In this document: in pieces, positions 53,821 through 64,000 of the stretch
How the letters are laid out: every line of letters starts with the position of its first letter
Numbering within the stretch: the first letter of the stretch is position 1
Source of the DNA: the human T2T-CHM13v2.0 reference genome, Homo sapiens
Direction: 5' to 3' (one strand)
Assembly: GCF_009914755.1 (NCBI RefSeq)
Contig: NC_060933.1
DNA: 64,000 bases
The notes under the pieces: generated by a model
What the model was told of the DNA's origin: nothing
Seen by the model: only the letters and a program-made list of their open reading frames with translations
Databases searched by the model: none
Program-made: the position numbers and the translations under genes

Positions 53821-55679
53821 ATGCAATGGAATGGAATCATCGGTAATGGAATGGAAAGGAATGGAATGGAATGGAATGGAATGGAATGGAATGGAATGGA
53901 ATGGAATCAACTCGATTGCAATCGAATGGAATGGAATGGAATTAACCCGAATAGAATGGAATGGAATGGAATGGAACGGAACGGAATGGAATGGAATGGA
54001 ATGGAATGGAATGGAACGGAACGGAACGGAATGGATGGAATGGAATGGAATGGAATGGAATCAACGCGAGTGCAGGGGAATGGAATGGAATGGAATGCAA
54101 TGGAATGGAATCTTCCGGAATGGAATGGAATGGAATGGAATGAAATGCAATGGATTCAACTCGATTGCAATGGAATGGAATAGAATGGAATGGAATGGAA
54201 TGGAATGGAATGGAATTAACCCGAATAGAATGGAATGGAATGGAATGGAACGGAATGGAACGGAATGGAATGGAATGGAATGGAATGGAATGGTATGGAA
54301 TGGAATGGAATGGTACGGAATAGAATGGAATGGAACGAATTGTAATGGAATGGAATTGAATGGAACGGAATGCAATGGAATGGAATCATCCAGAATGGAA
54401 TGGAATGGAATGGAATGGAATGGAATCAACCCGAGTGCAATGGAATGGAGTGGAATGGAATGGAATGGAATGGAACAACCCGAATGGAATGGAATGTAAT
54501 GGAGAGTAAGGGAGTTGAATAGAATCAATCCGAATGTAATGGAATGGAATGCAACGGAATGGAAAGGAATGGAATGGAATGGAATGGAATGCAATGGAAT
54601 GGAATGGAATGGAATGGAATGGAATGGAATGGAATGGAATGCCTTCAAACCGAATGGAATGGAAAGGAATGGAATCAACACGAGTGGAATGGAATGGAAT
54701 GGAATGGAATGGAATGGAATGGAATCGTTCCGAGTGGAATAGGAGGGAATGTATTCGAGTGGAATGGAAAGGAATGGTATCAACCAGAGTGGAATGGAAG
54801 GGAATGGAATGGAATGGAAACTAATAGAATGGAATCAACCCGAGTGGAATGGAATGGAAAGGTCTGGAATGGAATGGAATGGAATGGAATCAACTCGATT
54901 CTAATGGAATGGAATGGAATGGAATGGAATGGAATGGAATGGAATTAACCCGAATACAATGGAATGGAATGGAATGGAACGGAATGGAGTGGAATGGAAT
55001 GGAATCAACCCGAGTGCAGGAGAATGGAATGGAATGGAATGCAATGGAATGGAATCATCCGGAATGGAATGGAATGGAATGGAATGCAAAGCAATGGAAT
55101 CAACTCGATTGCAATGGAATGGAATGGAATGGAATGGAATGGAATGGAAAGGAATACATTGGAATCAACCCGAGTGGAATGGAATGGAAAGGACTGGAAT
55201 GGAGTGGAATGGAATGGAATGGAATGGAATGGAATCAACTCGATTGCAATGGAATGGAATGGAATGGAATGGAATTAACCCGAATATAATGGAATGGAAT
55301 GGAATGGAACGGAACGGAATGGAATGGAATGGAATGGAATGGAATAAACCCGAGTGCAATGGAATGGAGTGGAATGGAATGGAATGGAATGGAACAACCC
55401 GAATGGAATGGAATGTAATGGAGTGTAAGGGAGTTGAATAGAATCAATCCGAATGTAATGGAATGGAATGGAACGGAATGGAATTGAATGGAATGGAATG
55501 GAATGGAATCAACCCGAGTGCAATGGAATGGAGAGGAATGGAATGGAATGGAATGGAAACTACCCGAATGTAATGGAATGTAATGGAGTGTAAGGGAATT
55601 GAATAGAATCAATCCGAATGTAATGGAATGGAATGGAACGGAATGGAATGGAATGGAATGGAATACAATGGAATGGAAT

Positions 55680-58600
55680 CAACCCGAGTGCAATCGAATG
55701 GAATCGAATGGAATGGAATGCAATGGAATGGATTCAACTTGAATGGAATGGAAAGAATGGAATCAACACGAGTGGAATGGCATGGATTGGAATGGAATGG
55801 AATGGAATCAACCCGAGTACAGGGGAATGGAATGGAATGGAATGCAATGGAATGGAATCATCGGTAATGGAATGGAAAGGAATGGAATGGAATGGAATGG
55901 AATGGAATGGAATGGAATCAACTCGATTTCAATCGAATGGAATTGAATGGAATTAACCCGAATAGATTGGAATGGAATGGAATGGAACGGAAAGGAATGG
56001 AATGGAATGGAATGGAATGGAATGGAATGGAATGGAACGGAACGGAACGGAATGGATGGAATGGAACGGAATGGAATGGAATGGAATCAACGCGAGTGCA
56101 GGGGAATGGAATGGAATGGAATGCAATGGAATGGAATCTTCCGGAATGGAATGGAATGGAATGGAATGGAATGGAATGAAATGCAATGGATTCAACTCGA
56201 TTGCAATGGAATGGAATAGAATGGAATGGAATGGAATGGAATGGAATGGAATGGAATGGAATTAACACGAATAGAATGGAATGGAATGGAATGGAATGGA
56301 ATGGAATGGAATGGAACGGAATGGAATGGACTGGAATGGAATGGAATGGTATGGAATGGAATGGAATGGTACGGAATAGAATGGAATGGAACGAATTGTA
56401 ATGGAATGGAATTGAATGGAACGGAATGCAATGGAATGGAATCATCCGGAATGGAATGGAATGGAATGGAATGGAATGGAATGGAATCAACCCGAGTGCA
56501 ATGGAATGGAGTGGAATGGAATGGAATGGAATGGAACAACCCGAATGGAATGGAATGTAATGGAGAGTAAGGGAGTTGAATAGAATCAATCCGAATGTAA
56601 TGGAATGGAATGCAACGGAATGTAAAGGAATGGAATGGAATGGAATGGAATGCAATGGAATGGAATCAACCCGAGTACAATGGAATGGAATGGAATGGAA
56701 TGGAATGGAATGGAATGGAATGGAATGGAATGCCTTCAAACCGAATGGAATGGAAAGGAATGGAATCAACTCGATTGCAATGGAATGGAATGGAATGGAA
56801 AGGAATACATTGGAATCAACCCGAGTGGAATGGAATGGAAAGGACTGGAATGGAGTGGAATGGAATGGAATGGAATCGAATGGAATCAACTCGATTGGAA
56901 TGGAATGGAATGGAATGGAAATGGAATGGAATTAACCCGAATAGAAAGGAATGGAATGGAATGGAACGGAACGGAATGGAATGGAATGGAATGGAATGGA
57001 ATGGAATGGAATGGAAACAACCCGACTGCAGGGGAATGGAATGGAATGGAATGCAATGGAATGGATTCAACTTGAATGGAATGGAAAGAATGGAATCAAC
57101 ACGAGTGGAATGGCATGGATTGGAATGGAATGGAATGGAATCAACCCGAGTACAGGGGAATGGAATGGAAAGGAATGCAATGGAATGGAATCATCCGTAA
57201 TGGAATGGAAAGGAATGGAATGGAATGGAATGGAATGGAATGGAATGGAATCAACTCGATTGCAATCGAATGGAATGGAATGGAATTAACCCGAATAGAA
57301 TGGAATGGAATGGAATGGAACGGAACGGAACGGAATGGAATGGATTGGAATGGAATGGAATGGAATGGAATGGAACGTAAAGGAATGGAATGGAATGGAA
57401 TGGAATGGAATGGAATGGAATGGAATGGAATGGAATCAACGCGAGTGCAGGGGAATAGAATGGAATGGAATGCAATGGAATGGAATCTTCCGGAATGGAA
57501 TGGAATGGAATGGAATTGAATGGAATAGAATGGAATAGAATGGAATGGAATCAACTCGATTGCAATCGAATGGAATGGAATGGAATTAACCCGAATAGAA
57601 TGGAATGGAATGGAATGGAACTGAAAGGAACGGAATGGAATGGATAGGAATGGAATGGAATGGAATGGAATGGAATCGAAAGGAATGGAATGGAATGGAA
57701 TGGAATGGAATGGAATGGAATCAACGCGAGTGCAGAGGAATGGAATGGAATGGAATGCAATGGAATGGAATCTTCCGGAATGGAATGGAATGGAATGGAA
57801 TGGAATGGAATGGAATGGAATGGAATAAACCCGAGTACAATGGAATGGAGTGGAATGGAATGGAATGGAATGGAATGGAACAACCCGAATGGAATGGAAT
57901 GTAATGGAGAGTAAGGGAGTTGAATAGAATAAATCCGAATGGAATGGAATGGAATGGAACGGAATGGAATTGAATGGAATGGAATGGAATGCAATGGAAT
58001 GGAGTCAACCCGAGTTCAATGGAATGGAGAGGAATGGAATGGAATGGAATGGAAACTACCCGAATGGAATGGAATGTAATGGAGTGTAAGGGAATTGAAT
58101 AGAATCAATCCGAATGTAATGGAATGGAATGGAACGGAATGGAATGGAATGGAATGGAATGGAATGGAATGGAATGGAATGGAATGCAATGGAATTGAAT
58201 CAACCCGAGTGCAATCGAATGGAATCGAATGGAATGGAATGCAATGGAATGGATTCAACTTGAATGGAATGGAAAGAATGGAATCAACACGAGTGGAATG
58301 GCATGGATTGGAATGGAATGGAATGGAATCAACCCGAGTACAGGGGAATGGAATGGAATGGAATGCAATGGAATGGAATCATCGGTAATGGAATGGAAAG
58401 GAATGGAATGGAATGGAATGGAATGGAATGGAATGGAATGGAATCAACTCGATTTCAATCGAATGGAATTGAATGGAATTAACCCGAATAGATTGGAATG
58501 GAATGGAATGGAACGGAAAGGAATGGAATGGAATGGAATGGAATGGAATGGAATGGAATGGAACGGAACGGAACGGAATGGATGGAATGGAACGGAATGG

Positions 58601-60500
58601 AATGGAATGGAATCAACGCGAGTGCAGGGGAATGGAATGGAATGGAATGCAATGGAATGGAATCTTCCGGAATGGAATGGAATGGAACGGAATGGAATGG
58701 AATGAAATGCAATGGATTCAACTCGATTGCAATGGAATGGAATAGAATGGAATGGAATGGAATGGAATGGAATGGAATGGAATGGAATTAACACGAATAG
58801 AATGGAATGGAATGGAATGGAATGGAATGGAACGGAATGGAATGGACTGGAATGGAATGGAATGGTATGGAATGGAATGGAATGGTACGGAATAGAATGG
58901 AATGGAACGAATTGTAATGGAATGGAATTGAATGGAACGGAATGCAATGGAATGGAATCATCCGGAATGGAATGGAATGGAATGGAATGGAATGGAATGG
59001 AATCAACCCGAGTGCAATGGAATGGAGTGGAATGGAATGGAATGGAATGGAACAACCCGAATGGAATGGAATGTAATGGAGAGTAAGGGAGTTGAATAGA
59101 ATCAATCCGAATGTAATGGAATGGAATGCAACGGAATGTAAAGGAATGGAATGGAATGGAATGGAATGCAATGGAATGGAATCAACCCGAGTACAATGGA
59201 ATGGAATGGAATGGAATGGAATGGAATGGAATGGAATGGAATGGAATGCCTTCAAACCGAATGGAATGGAAAGGAATGGAATCAACTCGATTGCAATGGA
59301 ATGGAATGGAATGGAAAGGAATACATTGGAATTAACCCGAGTGGAATGGAATGGAAAGGACTGGAATGGAGTGGAATGGAATGGAATGGAATCGAATGGA
59401 ATCAACTCGATTGGAATGGAATGGAATGGAATGGAAATGGAATGGAATTAACCCGAATAGAAAGGAATGGAATGGAATGGAACGGAACGGAATGGAATGG
59501 AATGGAATGGAATGGAATGGAATGGAATGGAAACAACCCGACTGCAGGGGAATGGAATGGAATGGAATGCAATGGAATGGATTCAACTTGAATGGAATGG
59601 AAAGAATGGAATCAACACGAGTGGAATGGCATGGATTGGAATGGAATGGAATGGAATCAACCCGAGTACAGGGGAATGGAATGGAAAGGAATGCAATGGA
59701 ATGGAATCATCCGTAATGGAATGGAAAGGAATGGAATGGAATGGAATGGAATGGAATGGAATGGAATCAACTCGATTGCAATCGAATGGAATGGAATGGA
59801 ATTAACCCGAATAGAATGGAATGGAATGGAATGGAACGGAACGGAACGGAATGGAATGGATTGGAATGGAATGGAATGGAATGGAATGGAACGTAAAGGA
59901 ATGGAATGGAATGGAATGGAATGGAATGGAATGGAATGGAATGGAATCAACGCGAGTGCAGGGGAATAGAATGGAATGGAATGCAATGGAATGGAATCTT
60001 CCGGAATGGAATGGAATGGAATGGAATTGAATGGAATAGAATGGAATAGAATGGAATGGAATCAACTCGATTGCAATCGAATGGAATGGAATGGAATTAA
60101 CCCGAATAGAATGGAATGGAATGGAATGGAACTGAAAGGAACGGAATGGAATGGATAGGAATGGAATGGAATGGAATGGAATGGAATCGAAAGGAATGGA
60201 ATGGAATGGAATGGAATGGAATGGAATGGAATGGAATGGAATCAACGCGAGTGCAGGGGAATGGAATGGAATGGAATGCAATGGAATGGAATCTTCCGGA
60301 ATGGAATGGAATGGAATGGAATGGAATGGAATGGAATGGAATGGAATAAACCCGAGTACAATGGAATGGAGTGGAATGGAATGGAATGGAATGGAATGGA
60401 ACAACCCGAATGGAATGGAATGTAATGGAGAGTAAGGGAGTTGAATAGAATCAATCCGAATGGAATGGAATGGAATGGAACGGAATGGAATTGAATGGAA
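55680..60500 (+). repeat. About 2.52-kb near-identical tandem duplication (about 55680-58200 and about 58200-60500)
   Basis: ORF offsets are 2511-2526 (55743/58264, 56576/59092, 57465/59976). Private variants CTCGATTTCAATC, ATTAACACGAATAG, GAACGTAAAGG, GAACTGAAAGG and TGTAAAGG occur in both copies. Confidence 0.9.
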
Positions 60501-63500
60501 TGGAATGGAATGGAATGGAATGGAATGCAATGGAATTGAATCAACCCGAGTGCAATCGAATGGAATCGAATGGAATGGAATGCAATGGAATGGATTCCAC
60601 TTGAATGGAATGGAAAGAATGGAATCAACACGAGTGGAATGGCATGGATTGGAAAGGAATGGAATGGAATCAACCCGAGTACAGGGGAATGGAATGGAAT
60701 GGAATGCAATGGAATGGAATCATCCGTAATGGAAAGGAAAGGAATGGAATGGAATGGAATGGAATGGAATGGAATGGAATCAACTCAATTGCAATCGAAT
60801 GGAATGGAATGGAATTAACCTGAATAGAATGGAAAGGAATGGAATGGAACGGAACGGAATGGGATGGAATGGAATGGAATGGAATGGAAAGGAAAGGAAG
60901 GGAATGGAATGGAATAGAATGGAATGGAATGGAATCAACCCGAGTGCAGGGGAAAGGAATGGAATGGAATGCAATGGAATGGAATCTTCCGGAATGGAAT
61001 GGAATGGAATGGAATCATCCCGAGTGCAATGGAATGGAGTGGAATGGAATGGAATGGAATGGAACAACCCGAATGGAATGGAATGTAATGGAGAGTAAGG
61101 TAGTTGAAAAGAATCAATCCGAATGTAATGGAATGGATTGGAACGGAATGGAATGGAATGGAATGGAATGGAATGGAATGGAATGGAATGGAATCTTCCG
61201 GAATGGAATGGAATGGAATGGAATGGAATGGAATGGAATGGGATGGAATGCAATGGATTCAACTCGATTGCAATGGAATGGAATAGAATAGAATGGAATG
61301 GAATGGAATGGAATGGAATTAAACCGAATAGAATGGAATGGAATGGAATGGAACGGAACAGAACGGAACGGAACGGAACGGAGTGGAATGGAATGGAATG
61401 GAATTGTATGGAATGGAATGGAATGGTACAGAATAGAATGGAATGGAAAGAATTGGAATGGAATGGAATGAAATCGAATGGAATGGAATGGAATGGAATG
61501 GAATCAACCCGAGTGCAGGGGAATGTAATGGAATGGAATGCAATGGAATGGAATCATACGGAATGGAATGGAATGGAATGGAATGGAATGGAATGGAATC
61601 AACCCGAGCGCAATGGAATGGAGTGGAATGGAATGGAATGGAATGGAACAACCCGAATGGAATGGAATGAAATGGAGAGTAAGGGAGTTGAATAGAAACA
61701 ATCCGAATGTAATGGAATGGAACGGAATGGAATGGAATGGAATGGAATGGAATGGAATGGAATGGAATGGAATGCAATGGAATGGAATCAACCCGAGTAC
61801 AATGGAACGGAATGGAATGGAATGGAATGGAATGGAATGGAATGGAATGGAATCAACCCGAGTGCAATGGAATGGAGAGGAATGGAAAGGAATGGAATGG
61901 AAACTACCCGAATTGAATGGAATGGAATGGAGTGTAAGGGAATTGAATAGAATCAATCCGAATGGAATGGAATGGAATGGAACGGAATGTAATGGAATGG
62001 AATGGAATGGAATCAACCCGAGTGCAGGGGAATGGAATGGAATGGAATGCAATGGAATGGAATCATCCGGAATGGAATGGAATGGAATGGAATGCAATGG
62101 AATGGAATGGAATGGAATCAACCCGAGTGCAATGGAATGGAGTGAAATGGAATGGAATGGAATGGAGACAACCAGAATGGATTGGAATATAATGGAGTGT
62201 AAGGGAATTGAATAGAATCAATCTGAATGTAATGAAATGGAATGGAACGGAATGGAATGGAATGCAATGGAATGGAATGGAATGCAATGGAATGGAATCA
62301 ACACGAGTGCAATCGAATGGAATCGAATGGAATGGAATGCAATGGAATGGATTCAACTTGAATGGAATGGAAAGAATGGAATCAACACGAGTGGAATGGC
62401 ATGGATTGGAATGGAATGGAATGGAATCAACCCGAGTATAGGGGAATGGAATGGAATGGAATGCAATGGAATGGAATCATCCGTAATGGAATGGAAAGGA
62501 ATGGAATGGAATGGAATGGAATGGAATGGAATGGAATGGAATCAACTCGATTGCAATCGAATGGAATGGAATGGAATTAACCCGAATAGAATGGAATGGA
62601 ATGGAATGGAACGGAACGGAACGGAATGGAATGGATTGGAATGGAATGGAATGGAATGGAATGGAATGGAATGGAATGATACGGAATAGAATGGAATGGA
62701 ACGAAATGGAATGGAATGGAATGGAATGGAATGGAATGGAATCGTTCCGAGTGGAATAGGAGGGAATGTATTCGAGTGGAATGGAAAGGAATGGATTCAA
62801 CCAGAGTGGAATGGAAGGGAATGGAATGGAATGGATTGGAATGGAATGGAATGCAATGGAATGGAATCAACCCGAGTGCAATCGAATGGAATCAAATGGA
62901 ATGGAATGCAATGGAATGGATTCAACTTGAATGGAAAGGAAAGAATGGAATCAACACGAGTGGAATGGCATGGATTGGAAAGGAATGGAATGGAATCAAC
63001 CCGAGTACAGGGGAATGGAATGGAATGGAATGAAATGGAATGGAATCATCAGTAATGGAATGGAAAGGAATGGAAAGGACTGGAATGGAATGGAATGGAA
63101 TGGAATGGAATGGAATGGAATGGAATCAACTCGATTGCAATCGAATGGAATGGAATGGAATTAACCCGAATAGAATGGAATGGAATGGAATGGAACGGAA
63201 CGGAATGGAATGGAATGGAATGGAATGGAACGGAAAGGAATGGAATGGAATGGAATGGAACGGAATGGAATGGAATGGAATCAACTCGAGTGCAGGGGAA
63301 TGGAATGGAATAGAATGGAATGGAAAGGAATGGAATGGAGTCAACCTGAGTGCAGGGGAACGTAATGGAACGGAATGCAATGGAATGGAATCATCCAGAA
63401 TGGAATGGAATGGAATGGAATGGAATCAACCCGAGTGCAATGGAATGGAGTGGAATGGAAAGGAATGGAATGGAACAACCCGAATGGAATGGAATGTAAT

Positions 63501-64000
63501 GGAGAGTAAGGAAGTTGAATAGAATCAATCCAAATGTAATGGAATGGAATGGAACGGAATGGAATGGAATGGAATGGAATGGAATGGAATGGAATGCAAT
63601 GGAATGGAATCAACCCGAGTACAATGGAATGGAATGGAATGGAATGGAATGCAATGGAATGGAATCTTCCGGAATGGAATGGAATGGAATGGAATGGAAT
63701 GGAATGGAATAGAATGCAATGGATTCAACTCGATTGCAATGGAATGGAATAGAATGGAATGGAATGGAATGGAATGGAATGGAATTAAACCGAATAGAAT
63801 GGAATGGAATGAAATGGAACGGAACAGAACGGAACGGAACGGAACGGAGTGGAATGGAATGGAATGGAATTGTATGGAATGGAATGGACTGGTACGGAAT
63901 AGAATGGAATGGAAAGAATTGGAATGGAATGGAATCGAATGGAATGGAATGGAATGGAATGGAATCAACCCGAGTGCAGGGGAATGTAATGGAACGGAAT

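Larger units (their letters stand above)
1..64000 (+). repeat. Human Satellite 3 (HSat3/SatIII) array, (GGAAT)n on + strand / (CATTC)n on - strand
   Basis: The entire window is GGAAT pentamers and single-base variants (GCAAT, GTAAT, GGAAC, GGAAA, CGAAT). They are interrupted by CAACCCGAGT / CAACGCGAGT / CAACACGAGT / CAACTCGATT decamers, the classical Satellite 3 signature CAACCCGA(A/G)T(GGAAT)n. There is no unique sequence and no orientation switch. Confidence 0.98.
1..64000 (+). ncRNA. Potential source of stress-induced G-rich SatIII lncRNA, (GGAAU)n
   Basis: Established: HSat3 arrays, notably 9q12, are transcribed after heat shock in an HSF1-dependent way into G-rich-strand lncRNAs that scaffold nuclear stress bodies. 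The + strand here has that sense. The sequence alone cannot show that this segment is transcribed, or where transcripts start and end. Confidence 0.4.

Noticed and set aside
10-63968. Hundreds of overlapping ORFs on both strands as protein-coding genes
   Set aside because: All are MEWNG or FHSIP repeats produced automatically by a stop-free pentamer. They overlap in all six frames and show no domain and no frame preference.
1-64000. CRISPR-like array (conserved CAACCCGAGT or TAAGGGA..AATCAATCC 'repeats' with 'spacers')
   Set aside because: The intervening sequences are GGAAT runs of variable length, not unique constant-length spacers. There are no cas genes or leader, and the sequence is a primate satellite.
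1-64000. HSat2 or Y-chromosome DYZ1 identity
   Set aside because: It lacks the CATTCGATTC/ATCATCGAATGG-dominated pattern of HSat2 and has long pure GGAAT runs. No fixed period of about 3.6 kb as in DYZ1 is visible.
1-64000. Embedded Alu, L1, LTR, alpha satellite or CENP-B box, or an inversion breakpoint
   Set aside because: I saw no non-satellite stretch, poly(A) tail, 171-bp unit or switch to CATTC orientation anywhere in the window.
1-64000. Canonical G-quadruplex motifs
   Set aside because: G-runs of three or more (GCAGGGG, TAAGGGA) are isolated and far apart. GG doublets alone are weak support, and the known alternative structure for this repeat is a G.A-paired hairpin.

Overview
The whole 64 kb is one uninterrupted, single-orientation array of human/hominoid Satellite 3 (HSat3/SatIII). 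(GGAAT)n runs on the + strand are punctuated by CAACCCGAGT-family decamers and a small set of recurring diverged motifs. The recurring CAACCCGAGTGCAATCG...GATTCAACTTG...CAACACGAGT...CAACCCGAGTACAGG module matches, as I recall it, the pHuR98 clone, which points to the chr9q12 (HSat3B5-type) array; this needs alignment to confirm. I see no gene, tRNA/rRNA, transposon insertion, CRISPR array or strand inversion, and no new protein-coding system. All ORFs in the track are poly(MEWNG) or poly(FHSIP) read-throughs of the pentamer. The real structure is non-coding: (1) about 37 perfect three-unit heat-shock elements, GGAAT-CTTCN-GGAAT, unevenly distributed and one base away from an abundant non-HSE paralogue; (2) a modular grammar of about 9 sub-repeats with no fixed higher-order period; (3) nested duplications from 39 bp to about 3 kb, plus long-range copies 15-38 kb apart that can be traced by private variants; (4) a 5-bp register broken mostly at two recurrent motifs; (5) a CpG-decay signature. 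All counts and breakpoints were read by eye and are approximate.
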